Virus record (IMG/VR): IMGVR_UViG_3300035703_000089
Location: 1,168-65,167 of that record
Source of the DNA: a virus
Lineage: Duplodnaviria; Caudoviricetes
DNA: 64,000 nt
Reading direction: 5' to 3' (one strand)
Numbering within the stretch: position 1 is the stretch's first letter; each line of letters starts with the position of its first letter. A program made the translations under genes and the position numbers. Shown here piece by piece: positions 50,453 to 61,416 of this stretch. The notes beneath the pieces are model-generated. The model was not told where the DNA came from and ran no database searches. It saw only the letters and a list, made by a program, of their open reading frames with translations.

Positions 50453-53400
50453 TTATCTATCAGAAATGCGATAAGTTGATTTAAGATTATGTAGTATAAA
50501 CCTGTTATTTAATATGTTATTGTACTCCATATCAACAACCAAGTATTTATCTCTCATCCTGTCACCAAACAATGTTTTAGTTAATATAGCAGGATCAAAT
50601 ATAGAATATGTGTTAATATTGTTTGCATCATAATTAACCTTATTTCTAGGTAATTGCATATTGTAACCTTGTTCAGATTTCCTTAAAGTAGGATTAGGGA
50701 ATGCGGTACTTAATGTTACCCAATCAGTATTCTGATATTCATTATAAGCTCTTATCTTAGTGATTGTATTGTTAAGGTAAGGTATATCATCAGAATCTCC
50801 TAAATAATCGTTTATAGAGTCTTTAAATAGCAAATTATCCTTAATTGATTCACTTATCCAAGATAAGTTATCAAATACTTTAGTATATATTGGATTTTCA
50901 TTAATATTAACTTTTAAAGTAGATGGATAAATATTACCATAGAATTTGCAGTAATCTCCTATATTATGTAAATACATTTTACTACGAACTCCTGAATCAT
51001 ATGAATTAACACTGTATAGTTTATTGTGATTGTTTAAATAAATATAAGGAGTAAAGCTATAAAATGAACTAAATGCATCTATTAGATCTGAATATACTAT
51101 AGTATATTTTTCACTGTAATTAGGTGGTTCATCAGTTATGTAAGTATTTAAAAACGTGTATAAAAATTCATTATTAATATAATCATAAGTTGTTAAAATA
51201 CCTTTTCCTATTATAGGATTATCATTAACTAATATATGATCATGCAATACTTTATTTACAAATCCTCTATTACCTTTAGTGTCACTTATAGGACTAACAG
51301 CTTGGCCATCAAATAAAAATATTTTTTTATGCCTTGAGTCAACAAATGTAATGTGAGTATTAGATCTGTTAACTGACCACTGATGTTTACTACCAGAGTC
51401 TATAGAATAATACACATGTTTTTGTATCACTTCACCTGTGCCTATACCAATAGATTGTAAGTTTTGTGTAGTAACAGTTTCATAAGGATTAACTATTAAT
51501 AATCCTATTGCTCTATCTTGTACAAAGTACATGTTGTTTTTAAGTATTTGTAAAGCATTTATAGGGCCATAGCTACCTTCTACATCATAGTAGTTATCTA
51601 CAAATACGCTAGTCCAACTATCAGATGTTTCACCATTTATTTTAACTTCAGAGTAATAAACCCTGTTGTTCCATTCATTTGTTAAGTTAAAAAATATAGG
51701 TCTAGGATAATACTTTTTAAGTGTATTTTCAAATGAAAAACTTGACACATAAACATAATCATCTGTACCTGATGCAAAATTACCTGCGTCATTATCTAAG
51801 TCAGAATTAACATGTGCCCCATCTCTTAAATCCACATTTTTATAAGACTGATGTGGAAAATACCAAGTTTGTGAATGCTTTTCATTAGCATTAGCTTCAT
51901 TTGGCAAAGGAACACTTTGAGCTTGACTTCCTGTCCAATTTTTAATAGCTTTTTGAGAATCTAATATACCATGAAACACATCGCCACCAAATACCTTTAT
52001 TGTATAAATTCCATTTTCAGTAACAGGATAATATGCACCTGTAGGTATATATTCTCTAGTAGCTCTTCTTGCATTAGTTCTGCCGCCATATTGATTTTTT
52101 AAAACACTTGGCTTATAATGTAATCCTAACATTTTAGCATTACCTTGTGTTGATCCTGTAGAACATACTCCCATAAATGTAAATGGTGTCCAATCAAATG
52201 ATGAATCTTTAATACCAACTACAACAGTAGGAGATCCTGCAGAAAAATGTGATCCAGCAATTCCAGTTCCTAATTGCCAATCTTGATTTTTATAAACATT
52301 TCCACCCACAACAGATATGCTTGGGCTTATTCCATCTTGAGAAACATAATAAGCTTCTTTAACTGTGTGAATATCAGTAGCTCCAAAATAATTATTTCTA
52401 TAAAGATTATATGTTTTATCGTAATACTTTTTTATATAATATTTATCACGAACACTAGATGTAGGAAAATTTCCTGGAGTAATAGAACTTTCTATAACTT
52501 TTATATAAACTTCAGTTAAAACTAACTGATCATCTTCTTCAAAATCATCATTTGTTTGATCAACTAATGACTCCATTGAATGATAACATATTAAATCTTT
52601 TGTAGCCATTCCTCTTGTACTAGGAGTAACTGGAACTGGCCCACTCTCAGGATCACATGCATTATAATTATTTCCATTTGAATAATGTGTAAATGGCATA
52701 TAATAATTGCTAGAATCCCACGTTGGGCCTGTAGCAACTTGTGTAATTAAACCATGAGATTTAATAGTTCTGTCATTTTGAGTTCTTAAACATCTAACTA
52801 TTTCATAACCTGATATAATATTAGAAACTTCTTTAGGTATATTAACTTCAAAATTAATGTAAGGAACTACAAGATATGCACTAGGATCTGATGGATTAGT
52901 AGTATCATAAAACATACTTCTAAAATCTGGACATTTTGTACCCCATTCAGTTTCATCACATAAATTAATATCTGCTTGATCTGAATAATCAGGAAACTTA
53001 ATATCTCCTATCCATTTAACAAATGAAGTTTCACCTGTACGTGATTTAAATACTATACCAAAACTATAAATTTCATTATGTTGATATGATCTAAATGCTC
53101 CTGATAAATACTCAAGAGCCATAGTATTTAAACTATTATTTTGTTTGTACCTTTGATTAGGAGCCCCATTATAAAATGTAGGATCTAAAAATGAACCATT
53201 TGATAGACCTGCTGCTTTTCTATAACCATAAGGATATAACTGACCACTACCAGGATTATCTCTTGCAGTACCTTCATTAGTAGATGAACCATTTAAAGGC
53301 ATTGTAGGGAATGCATCAGCTCTTAATAATAAATTACCAAATGAATAACTTATATTAGGGCCTGAACCACCTATATCACTACTAAGTCTTTTATACTTCA

Positions 53401-55039
53401 TTGTAAAGTCAAAGTTAGGATCTTCAGCAGTACTCATACCTAAATTTATTAAAGGTATAAGGTCAGCATCTTGTTGTATGTTTGCATAATCATTTGGAGT
53501 TGATATAGTATAGGCTTGAGGAACTGTATCACCTTCATATTGCAAAACATCAAATACATTTGAACTTTGTATAAACCTATAAGTTCTAGTATCGTATGCG
53601 TCAAGTATAGTATCTATATCACTTCTAACATTACCAAAGAATAACCTATTATCTTTTTGTTCAATTGTTTTACAATGACTAAACAATACGTTTTCAATAA
53701 GTAATTCTTCAGTAGTTATTTCATCGTTGGTAAGTGGATCATTAACCCATGTAGTTAATATAGTTGAATTACCATTTATTACTTGAGTGTCAAATTTGTA
53801 AACATAAAATAAATTTATATTTGATACATCTCTAGTAATTATTACAAATTCTATATTATCATAATCTGTGTCAACTCCTTGTACTTCAAATCTAAGAGCT
53901 TTATTTACACCACCTGGAGCACCAGTAGCTGCAATACTACTAAAGTTATTTAATGTTTTAACAAAGTCTGAAGTTCTTTGAGGAATAGGTGCAACTATGT
54001 TTGATAAACTTGAATAGTTTGTTATAGCACCATTATTCTTTGTTAACCTATATGCACATTGATAAGTTGCAGTATTTGATATATTATTAACAGCGCCACC
54101 ATCTATAACGTCATTTAATACAGGTACTGACATGTTAGTTAATGGACGAAGATTAGTTAAATCAACATTTAGTGCCATTAAATTAACATCTTTAACATTT
54201 ACAGTTCTTACAGGGTTATAAAAGTCTGTCCAGTAAATACGTTGTAAATTATTTAATTCATATCTACCTATTGCAGCAGATGTAGGTATAGGATGATCTA
54301 TTGTAAAATTTAAATAGTTGTTATACAATAAATAAATAGTAGTTGTTTTAGTTAATTCATCATAAACTAATTCCCATATTTGACCTATTTTATTAGTGTT
54401 GTTTTGGGGGCAAGTAAATATGTAAATATTTTCGTTAACAAATGTAGAGCCTATTATTACTAATGGATCAGTTAAATTTACACGTGGTACAAAATATGTA
54501 TTAGCAACACTTGTTAAATTACCTTCAGGATCTACATAATCTATTCCAGAAGTACCACTTACTTGAGTAATAGTAACTACTGGTTCAGTTGATAAATCAC
54601 CACTGCATCCTGTATATTCAGGTTGTTGATATATTACAATATAGTCAGAATTATATGCTACTGCAAATAATGCAACACCTGTAGATGTTCCGTAACAATT
54701 AGGTAAGCCACTTATTGATCCTACAAAAGAATTTATATTAGTATTTTCATTAATAAGAATATTTGGTGTAGTTTCTCCATTTACAGTAATTGTAACAACT
54801 CCTGGTAAAAAATTATTATCTACATCATATTCTTTTCTTATAGCTAACTTATAAACACTTCTTAATATAGGAAAAGATATTTGACATTCATTACCTTTAA
54901 TATTTACTAAAGATGCATTAGAGCTACCTAGTTCAGTTACAGGTCTAAAATTTAAAGCTTTTACGTATTGATCTTTAGACTGATATAGTTTTGATATATC
55001 AGAATTCATTCCGTTTTGAAAAGTATTATTACTATCCAT
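50453..55039 (-). CDS. tail stabilization / nozzle (muzzle) protein, P22 gp10-like
   Basis: NTFQNGMNSD, IYWTD, KDNRLFFGN, YSFGIVF, FGGD and RMRDKY motifs; beta-rich; syntenic position. Confidence 0.8.
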   Translation of the reverse strand: MDSNNTFQNGMNSDISKLYQSKDQYVKALNFRPVTELGSSNASLVNIKGNECQISFPILRSVYKLAIRKEYDVDNNFLPGVVTITVNGETTPNILINENTNINSFVGSISGLPNCYGTSTGVALFAVAYNSDYIVIYQQPEYTGCSGDLSTEPVVTITQVSGTSGIDYVDPEGNLTSVANTYFVPRVNLTDPLVIIGSTFVNENIYIFTCPQNNTNKIGQIWELVYDELTKTTTIYLLYNNYLNFTIDHPIPTSAAIGRYELNNLQRIYWTDFYNPVRTVNVKDVNLMALNVDLTNLRPLTNMSVPVLNDVIDGGAVNNISNTATYQCAYRLTKNNGAITNYSSLSNIVAPIPQRTSDFVKTLNNFSSIAATGAPGGVNKALRFEVQGVDTDYDNIEFVIITRDVSNINLFYVYKFDTQVINGNSTILTTWVNDPLTNDEITTEELLIENVLFSHCKTIEQKDNRLFFGNVRSDIDTILDAYDTRTYRFIQSSNVFDVLQYEGDTVPQAYTISTPNDYANIQQDADLIPLINLGMSTAEDPNFDFTMKYKRLSSDIGGSGPNISYSFGNLLLRADAFPTMPLNGSSTNEGTARDNPGSGQLYPYGYRKAAGLSNGSFLDPTFYNGAPNQRYKQNNSLNTMALEYLSGAFRSYQHNEIYSFGIVFKSRTGETSFVKWIGDIKFPDYSDQADINLCDETEWGTKCPDFRSMFYDTTNPSDPSAYLVVPYINFEVNIPKEVSNIISGYEIVRCLRTQNDRTIKSHGLITQVATGPTWDSSNYYMPFTHYSNGNNYNACDPESGPVPVTPSTRGMATKDLICYHSMESLVDQTNDDFEEDDQLVLTEVYIKVIESSITPGNFPTSSVRDKYYIKKYYDKTYNLYRNNYFGATDIHTVKEAYYVSQDGISPSISVVGGNVYKNQDWQLGTGIAGSHFSAGSPTVVVGIKDSSFDWTPFTFMGVCSTGSTQGNAKMLGLHYKPSVLKNQYGGRTNARRATREYIPTGAYYPVTENGIYTIKVFGGDVFHGILDSQKAIKNWTGSQAQSVPLPNEANANEKHSQTWYFPHQSYKNVDLRDGAHVNSDLDNDAGNFASGTDDYVYVSSFSFENTLKKYYPRPIFFNLTNEWNNRVYYSEVKINGETSDSWTSVFVDNYYDVEGSYGPINALQILKNNMYFVQDRAIGLLIVNPYETVTTQNLQSIGIGTGEVIQKHVYYSIDSGSKHQWSVNRSNTHITFVDSRHKKIFLFDGQAVSPISDTKGNRGFVNKVLHDHILVNDNPIIGKGILTTYDYINNEFLYTFLNTYITDEPPNYSEKYTIVYSDLIDAFSSFYSFTPYIYLNNHNKLYSVNSYDSGVRSKMYLHNIGDYCKFYGNIYPSTLKVNINENPIYTKVFDNLSWISESIKDNLLFKDSINDYLGDSDDIPYLNNTITKIRAYNEYQNTDWVTLSTAFPNPTLRKSEQGYNMQLPRNKVNYDANNINTYSIFDPAILTKTLFGDRMRDKYLVVDMEYNNILNNRFILHNLKSTYRISDR

Positions 55040-55758
55040 TAGTGACGTTTTAAATTCTCTACGTTATTAATATTTCTGAAATTTGTAGTGTAAGCGTTTT
55101 GACTAGGTATTAATCTAACCATAACATTCTTTAAGCTGTTTAATTGTGCAAGATTTGGCATATTTGCAGAACCTTTAGCTGCTCCTACGTACCATAACCA
55201 TTCTTGTTCAGATTTTTGCATAACCTTATCAGCAGTATTTCCTTTACGCCAATCTCTGTAATCAATCATATAAGTTACGTATGATGAACAAGCTTTCATA
55301 AAATGAACATCATCTGGTATTAATGGATAACCTTCATCATCAATTGGTACACCTAAATATGATATGCAAATATAATCTTGCTGCTTTATTTGTGATTCAG
55401 TAATATCAGTTATAATATAACTGTTGTTTATATAGAATTTATTTTCAGTACAACATCTTGGCAATATGTTAGTTTCACAACCAAATTCAGGAATTTGATT
55501 AGCATTAGCCCAAGACAATACTCCATTTATATAAGTAATAGTTATTAACTTATAGAAGTTTGCAGGTAATTTAATCTTACCATCTACTATAGGTAAAGTA
55601 GTAGCTATTTCATCATACTGATAAAACGTACCTATTAACTCTAAGGCTTCAGCAATCCATTCAATTACATGAGATTCATTAATCTCAGTTGTTAGACCTA
55701 AATCCCTATATAGTTTAGCCATTACAGCTTTACTACTTACATATCCATTTATTGCCAT
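55039..55758 (-). CDS. tail ring / tubular protein
   Basis: EWIAEAL and DDEGYPLIPD motifs; crAss tail synteny. Confidence 0.75.
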   Translation of the reverse strand: MAINGYVSSKAVMAKLYRDLGLTTEINESHVIEWIAEALELIGTFYQYDEIATTLPIVDGKIKLPANFYKLITITYINGVLSWANANQIPEFGCETNILPRCCTENKFYINNSYIITDITESQIKQQDYICISYLGVPIDDEGYPLIPDDVHFMKACSSYVTYMIDYRDWRKGNTADKVMQKSEQEWLWYVGAAKGSANMPNLAQLNSLKNVMVRLIPSQNAYTTNFRNINNVENLKRH

Positions 55759-56195
55759 TAATTATAAAAATCTAATTGTTTATTATTTACAGCATCAGCT
55801 ATTAATCTTGATGCAGTTCTACAAGGTTTAAAACTATAATACCTTTTACCTTTTACACCGCAATGAACTTTGCTCCATTTCCATTTATAGCCGTATTTAG
55901 AGCCATGATAAACAATCATACCTGTTTCTTTACTAAGTTTATAATTAACCTTCCAGTTCCTTTTATTATCCTCAGTAAATGTATTTTGAAACTTATGTAT
56001 AAAAAGTTTACCTAATTTAAATGGCAATGTTAAAGTTTCACTGCTGTATACTATTTTATTCCTTACCTCTAAATTAAACTCTTTTAATATTTTAGAGTAA
56101 GTCTGATAATCTACGTAACTTCTATTCTTTTTTATTGAAGTTTCTTTATAATATTTGTAAAAATCTCTAAGTCCTATATCCTTAGTATAACCCAT
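55758..56195 (-). CDS. IHF/HU-like protein of the crAss tail module
   Basis: LPFKLGKLFI...YSFKPCR; basic; located between ring genes. Confidence 0.65.
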   Translation of the reverse strand: MGYTKDIGLRDFYKYYKETSIKKNRSYVDYQTYSKILKEFNLEVRNKIVYSSETLTLPFKLGKLFIHKFQNTFTEDNKRNWKVNYKLSKETGMIVYHGSKYGYKWKWSKVHCGVKGKRYYSFKPCRTASRLIADAVNNKQLDFYN

Positions 56196-56199
56196 TTAT

Positions 56200-56886
56200 T
56201 TATTGTTTTGTTGGTAATCTATCTAATGTATTGCTAGAATCATTAGTGTTATCCTGTGGCATACTCATAAATGGATATATCTTAGTTTTTAAAACTATAT
56301 TAGTTATATCACTAGCCATTTTTAAACTTATAGGATAAAAAGAATTAATATCATAGCAAGTATTTCCATCGCAGTTTACATAATTAGATAAATCTGATGG
56401 TGTTTCCCATAAACCATATACATTTATTTTATTTAAAAACTGAGAATTTATAATGTAAATATAGTTATTTTTTAAATACCATTTAGTTTTATCTGTAGTG
56501 TATTTATTATAATTGTTATACTTGCTTTCAAATGCAGTAGTTTTAGATAATATATTACCAGAAATATCTTCAACTCTTACAATTGAGTTATCATGTACAG
56601 TATCAATAGTACTAGGAACTTGTTCCTGAGTTCTTAAAACTTTACAATTTGTAGTTACTTCACAACATTCAGATTTATCAACTTCTATTAAGTCTAAACA
56701 GTTTATTGGAAGTATCCAACTATCATTAATATCATCCTTTTTTTCTAAAGATTGAGCTATAAGCATTGACCTTATTTCATCAATCCAGTATTGGATTTGA
56801 GCATCTTCTATACGAAAATCAATAGGGTTACTACCACTAGTAGCAATATTTCTTATATCAGATATTATCTTATTAGCTGTTACCAT
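56200..56886 (-). CDS. tail ring / tubular protein
   Basis: CLDLIEVD..CC and PQDNTNDS motifs; synteny. Confidence 0.7.
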   Translation of the reverse strand: MVTANKIISDIRNIATSGSNPIDFRIEDAQIQYWIDEIRSMLIAQSLEKKDDINDSWILPINCLDLIEVDKSECCEVTTNCKVLRTQEQVPSTIDTVHDNSIVRVEDISGNILSKTTAFESKYNNYNKYTTDKTKWYLKNNYIYIINSQFLNKINVYGLWETPSDLSNYVNCDGNTCYDINSFYPISLKMASDITNIVLKTKIYPFMSMPQDNTNDSSNTLDRLPTKQ

Positions 56887-56887
56887 T

Positions 56888-57427
56888 TTATACTATTTTA
56901 TTATATGCTTTAAATATACCCCAAGCTAAGAATGTAAGTAAAACAATCCATGCTGTGTAACCTGATTTAATTATAAAGGATTGCCAAGCAGTAACTTTAT
57001 ATATTATTTTAGGCTCAAGAGTAATTTTTTTATTTTCAATTCTTAACTTATTAATTTCAGTTGTTATTTTTTCATTAATTTGTAATAAGCTGTCAACATC
57101 ACATTTCTGTACTAATGTATTATTTTTAGTATCAGTATATAATGTTTGTTTAATACCGTTCTTTTTAGTTTGTTTATAGAAAGGTTTTAATTTACCTGTA
57201 CTATCACAAAATTGATCACATGGCCCAGGAAGAATTACTGAAGGGCCCTCTATAGTTTTATAAACTGTATCATGTACAGTTATAGTTTTACTCCATGAAG
57301 AGTCAATTACAGCTATTACTTCAGTAACAACTGGACACTCAGAACATATCTTAGCGCGTTTCTTTTCAGTAATACAACTTACTAATAGTAATAGTATTGC
57401 AATAATTAATATTTTACTTAGTTTCAT
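56888..57427 (-). CDS. putative unimolecular spanin
   Basis: N-terminal lipobox LLVSC plus C-terminal transmembrane segment; follows holin and endolysin. Confidence 0.65.
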   Translation of the reverse strand: MKLSKILIIAILLLLVSCITEKKRAKICSECPVVTEVIAVIDSSWSKTITVHDTVYKTIEGPSVILPGPCDQFCDSTGKLKPFYKQTKKNGIKQTLYTDTKNNTLVQKCDVDSLLQINEKITTEINKLRIENKKITLEPKIIYKVTAWQSFIIKSGYTAWIVLLTFLAWGIFKAYNKIV

Positions 57428-57635
57428 CTTTGAAAAAATTTGTTAAAAACTTACCAATTATACCTACAAATAATGTAGCGCCTATAATTATTTTAAGTTC
57501 TTTAGGACTATAAATTGATTTTAAATCATCAAATGCCATTAAACCACCTGCACCAACTATAGCTGCAGATGCTAATAAAGCATCACCTATTTTTCTCCAT
57601 TTCTTAGGAGTTGTTTTATAATAATTTTTTAACAT
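57414..57635 (-). CDS. putative holin
   Basis: 73 aa, two hydrophobic helices, TPKKWRKIGD start; next to the endolysin. Confidence 0.7.
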   Translation of the reverse strand: MLKNYYKTTPKKWRKIGDALLASAAIVGAGGLMAFDDLKSIYSPKELKIIIGATLFVGIIGKFLTNFFKDETK

Positions 57636-57636
57636 A

Positions 57637-58101
57637 TTATTTATCTAGTATTGGTGGATGTATAAATATTGAAACACTATACTTTCTTTCTCTTATCATA
57701 ACTGTACCACCATTAGAGTCATTATTAAGAGCTGTGTTACCTTCAACTGATTGAAAACTACCATTACCTAGGTCTTTAATAAAGATGCCTGTATGGTCAT
57801 ATCTACCATCTCCATTCCAATCAAATAATACTACATCACCTGTTTTAGGTGTTTTAGTAATCCATTTCTTATCCCTAAAATATGCATAGCCTGATTGACA
57901 ACCTGCAAATCCTGGAAATCTAAATCCTATTTTAGGTAAGGGTAAGCCTGCTTCATTGTAGCACCAACTAACAAATAATGCGCACCATGCTACACCATTG
58001 TATTTAGCCCATTCACCATATTTTTGCTTATTAGAATTTTTAGGCTCTTCGCAAGTACCAACTTCTAATTTAGCTATATCTACTATCTTTTGACCTTTCA
58101 T
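57637..58101 (-). CDS. CHAP-domain endolysin
   Basis: WCALFVSW, GDVVLF, HTGI and EGNT motifs. Confidence 0.9.
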   Translation of the reverse strand: MKGQKIVDIAKLEVGTCEEPKNSNKQKYGEWAKYNGVAWCALFVSWCYNEAGLPLPKIGFRFPGFAGCQSGYAYFRDKKWITKTPKTGDVVLFDWNGDGRYDHTGIFIKDLGNGSFQSVEGNTALNNDSNGGTVMIRERKYSVSIFIHPPILDK

Positions 58102-58105
58102 ATAT

Positions 58106-58136
58106 ATAATATAACATTATTTACTTAAATAAGCAA
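58106..58136 (-). promoter_or_regulatory. putative promoter TTGCT-N18-TATATTAT for the lysis cassette
   Basis: Motif ends 4 nt before the endolysin ATG. Confidence 0.6.
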
Positions 58137-58172
58137 GAAAAACTATAAATTATAATTTTGTAAATTTTAACA

Positions 58173-59747
58173 TTAACCAGTAACTTTTTGTATTATTACG
58201 TTAACATCACTTAAAGTTAAGTTATTAGTACCACCCTCATTTCTTACCCATACTTCAAAGTAATCTCCTGTTGAAACCTGTATAATATCTTGTGCTGAAA
58301 ATGGAAAAGGTTGGCTTGCTGTTGGACATCTTACAGATATAGCACTTTCATTTTGTATAACACCATTTTCTGCTATACCTATACTTAATGTGATATTAGC
58401 AGTTGCTGATGCAATTGCACCAACTATAGTTATTACAAATTCTGTTGTTATGCTACCAGTATAAGTTAGCCTATTAGTTACAGATGTATCCCATTTAGGT
58501 GAATTGCCTAAACCAACAACTGTTGTTCCAGCAGCTTTTTTCCAGATATTCTGTTGACCAGTACCTACTACTGTAGCAGTAGCATTATTTTGCATATAGT
58601 ATTGACCAATATTTGAAGTGTTTGATATACCTATGTTGTTGATAAACAATGCTTTATTAGATGTTTGATCTACGCCAGCAAGGTATGTTCCACCACCAGA
58701 AAAATTACAGTAGGTAAGAATGTACCCATCATTAGGGATTACTGCAGATGCATTTATATTAATACCAGTTTCTCCAGCTAGTACTATAAATGAAGTGTAT
58801 ATAACTCTAAATCTTCTAGTAATTGTTAAAGTAGAAGGAAGAATAAAAACAGAATTTGCTGCATTGCAGTTGAATAAACATTGGCTAAAACCAACAGTTC
58901 CTATAGTCCCATCAAATGTTAAACCGCCTGAATTAAGAAAAGCTGAGTCAGCCATTATAACATTAGTATAATTTTTAATTAAACCTACTGTGTTACAATC
59001 TGTAAAATTAACACCAAACCAATCTAAAGCTGTAGTTGTTGTGTCACCAACAAGGTTTAAAGCAACATCAGCTTCTATTGTAATGTTTCTTATAGGAAGA
59101 GAATAGTTAGATGTTATTAAAGCTGTACCTACTAATCCAGTTGATTTAATTCTGCAGTTTTCAGATGATCCACCTATTATAGTAGTATTTATTCCAGCTA
59201 CTATTCTATCTCCTTCAAGATCTACAACTGTAGTAAAAAAATATGTTGTTTCATTTTCTAAAGTAATAACACCACTAACAGGTAATGGAAGGTCAGTTTT
59301 AGAAGATATAAATTTTAAATAAGTTAATATTGGTAAATAAATAACTGCAGCATCAGCGCTAGTTAAATAAGGTGTTAGGTCTGAAGATGTTATAAAATCA
59401 CTTGGATTAGCATCACTATAAGGCGTATACCCTAAAGCTGTTGTTACGTCACCTGATGTAATATTTGTAATATAATTTTCAGGATTATTTAACGGATAAT
59501 AATTATCTATTAAAAATTGTTCTGTAGGTTGAGAAACTGGTTTATTTAAGTCAGATGTATTATCTACATTACTTAAACCTACACTACTTTTAGTTAAACC
59601 TGTTATATTATTTGTAGGTAATAAGTATTCAGTATATCTATTTTTAGTTATTGCTCTAAAAACTCCTTTACTAGTAAAGTATACTTCATTAGGTATTAGT
59701 TTACCATAATACCTTAATGATAATAATTCTTTATAGTCAATATTCAT
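58173..59747 (-). CDS. tail fibre / spike-like protein
   Basis: VGLSNVDNTSDLNKPVS and ALGYTP fibre motifs; beta-helix-like middle. Confidence 0.7.
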   Translation of the reverse strand: MNIDYKELLSLRYYGKLIPNEVYFTSKGVFRAITKNRYTEYLLPTNNITGLTKSSVGLSNVDNTSDLNKPVSQPTEQFLIDNYYPLNNPENYITNITSGDVTTALGYTPYSDANPSDFITSSDLTPYLTSADAAVIYLPILTYLKFISSKTDLPLPVSGVITLENETTYFFTTVVDLEGDRIVAGINTTIIGGSSENCRIKSTGLVGTALITSNYSLPIRNITIEADVALNLVGDTTTTALDWFGVNFTDCNTVGLIKNYTNVIMADSAFLNSGGLTFDGTIGTVGFSQCLFNCNAANSVFILPSTLTITRRFRVIYTSFIVLAGETGININASAVIPNDGYILTYCNFSGGGTYLAGVDQTSNKALFINNIGISNTSNIGQYYMQNNATATVVGTGQQNIWKKAAGTTVVGLGNSPKWDTSVTNRLTYTGSITTEFVITIVGAIASATANITLSIGIAENGVIQNESAISVRCPTASQPFPFSAQDIIQVSTGDYFEVWVRNEGGTNNLTLSDVNVIIQKVTG

Positions 59748-59749
59748 TT

Positions 59750-60013
59750 TTAGTTATGATTATGATGAGCATTTAAATCTTCTAATCTTGATACTCTTTG
59801 TTTAACTTCCTTAACATCTTCTTTTAAATTAGTATGATCGTTAGTTAAAACACCTAAATCTTTTTCCATTCTATTAACAGATTTTGCAATACTTTGTAAT
59901 TGCGAAACACCTAATCTTCCAACATAGGCTAATATGCCTAATAATGTAATAACTAACCACATTAGCGTTTTTGAATCAGTAGCACTTACTATGCTGTTAG
60001 AAATAGTTTCCAT
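59750..60013 (-). CDS. small membrane-anchored coiled-coil protein
   Basis: One transmembrane helix followed by a heptad pattern. Confidence 0.65.
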   Translation of the reverse strand: METISNSIVSATDSKTLMWLVITLLGILAYVGRLGVSQLQSIAKSVNRMEKDLGVLTNDHTNLKEDVKEVKQRVSRLEDLNAHHNHN

Positions 60014-60073
60014 AAATTATTTTTAAATTATATTAATATTTTAAATTTTATTTTTTAATTAATTGATTTTTAG

Positions 60074-60247
60074 TTAAACTAATTTTGCAGGAATACTATC
60101 GTACCATCTCCATCCATCTACAGGATAAGTATAAGTTTCATGTAATTCTCTTTCTAGTACATATTCTGTATTTACAACCTTGTTTGGGCCCCACAACCAT
60201 TCTAATTGTTCAATGTCCCATTTATAAAAACCACTTGTATCTTCCAT
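60074..60247 (-). CDS. small fibre-associated protein
   Basis: MEDTSGFYK...YTYPVDGWRWYD; start at 60247 is more likely than 60268. Confidence 0.6.
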   Translation of the reverse strand: MEDTSGFYKWDIEQLEWLWGPNKVVNTEYVLERELHETYTYPVDGWRWYDSIPAKLV

Positions 60248-60249
60248 AA

Positions 60250-61416
60250 TTATGTTGTTACTGTCCAACCTTTATTAGTTGCTATTAATAAATCAGCAGC
60301 CGTTAAATCTGCAACTCCTGGATTATTTGTTATTGTAATAGTTTTTGCAGTTACTGTAGCTAAATCATTAAATAAATCTACCAATTCTGTTCTTTGCATG
60401 TTACATCCTGTTATTGAAAAAGTTGCACCCATTCCAGGCATTCTTAATTTTCTAAGACTCTGACAATTTGTAAATGCAGTAGTAGTTGTTACTACTGTAG
60501 CACATGATGTAAATACTATTTCTTTTAGTTTTATGCAATTATAAAACATGCTTGTAATATTAGTTGTAGCAGGAGTTGTTAATGTTCCTAATTTAGCTAA
60601 ATTTTGACAAAAGAAAAACATCTGCAATGTATTTTGAGCTAATGTAAGGTCTATATTTCCAACCTCTTCTACAGAAGAATAAGCAAACATATTTTGAGAA
60701 ATTGTTGTACCTGAAAAGTTTAAATTACCTATAGCTTTAATTCTACTAAAATAAAAAAATTGTAAGCAAGTAGCTGATGCAGGAAATGAAAAATCCATTT
60801 TATCAATATTACCTATAAAATTAAAGTAACTACTTGCTGATGTAACTGCTGATGTATTTATATTCTCCCATCTTAAAGACCTTAAAGAAGTTAATGAATC
60901 AAGGTAGCTATTCATGTTACCGCTAAGAGTAGCTTTAAAAACTTGAAGTCTTTGAAGATATATAGCATATCTTATTCCGAATTGAAAAACTGCTGTCCAA
61001 CTATAACTAACATCTAACCAATTATTAGAACCTCCTTGAGTTATTGATGGCCCTAAATTCCAACTTGTTACAGTTCCACTATTATTAGTAATACTTATAA
61101 TAACTTGTTTATAATTAAACCCAAAATCATCTTGTAAAATTACACTTGATATTAAAGTATAATCGTATCTTTTAGTGTAAGTATTTGTTGTAGTTCCTGT
61201 TTGTGAAGTTCCATCACCCCAGTCTATATTATAATTTTGCGCCCCACCTCCCGGTGCTTGAATTGATATTGCATTCTCTTCATTTTGATATACTGCAACT
61301 AATCCTACTATCCTTGTATCAGCAGATGTTATAGTAGGTAATGTTAACCAACCTGATGGTCTATTCCAATTAGTTGATGAAGGAGCAGTTGCTTTTATAT
61401 ACCTATTATCACTCAT
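60250..61416 (-). CDS. putative receptor-binding protein with PKD-like and BspA/DUF285-like repeats
   Basis: IDWGDG, repeated xMFxxC units, IATNKGWTV end. Confidence 0.7.
   Translation of the reverse strand: MSDNRYIKATAPSSTNWNRPSGWLTLPTITSADTRIVGLVAVYQNEENAISIQAPGGGAQNYNIDWGDGTSQTGTTTNTYTKRYDYTLISSVILQDDFGFNYKQVIISITNNSGTVTSWNLGPSITQGGSNNWLDVSYSWTAVFQFGIRYAIYLQRLQVFKATLSGNMNSYLDSLTSLRSLRWENINTSAVTSASSYFNFIGNIDKMDFSFPASATCLQFFYFSRIKAIGNLNFSGTTISQNMFAYSSVEEVGNIDLTLAQNTLQMFFFCQNLAKLGTLTTPATTNITSMFYNCIKLKEIVFTSCATVVTTTTAFTNCQSLRKLRMPGMGATFSITGCNMQRTELVDLFNDLATVTAKTITITNNPGVADLTAADLLIATNKGWTVTT

Noticed and set aside
28860-60463. Short plus-strand ORFs antisense to virion genes, plus minus-strand ORFs at 4155, 9432, 14554, 20214 and 31606
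   Set aside because: These are shadows of long genes (31606 is an alternate frame on the same strand), with no motifs or expression signals.
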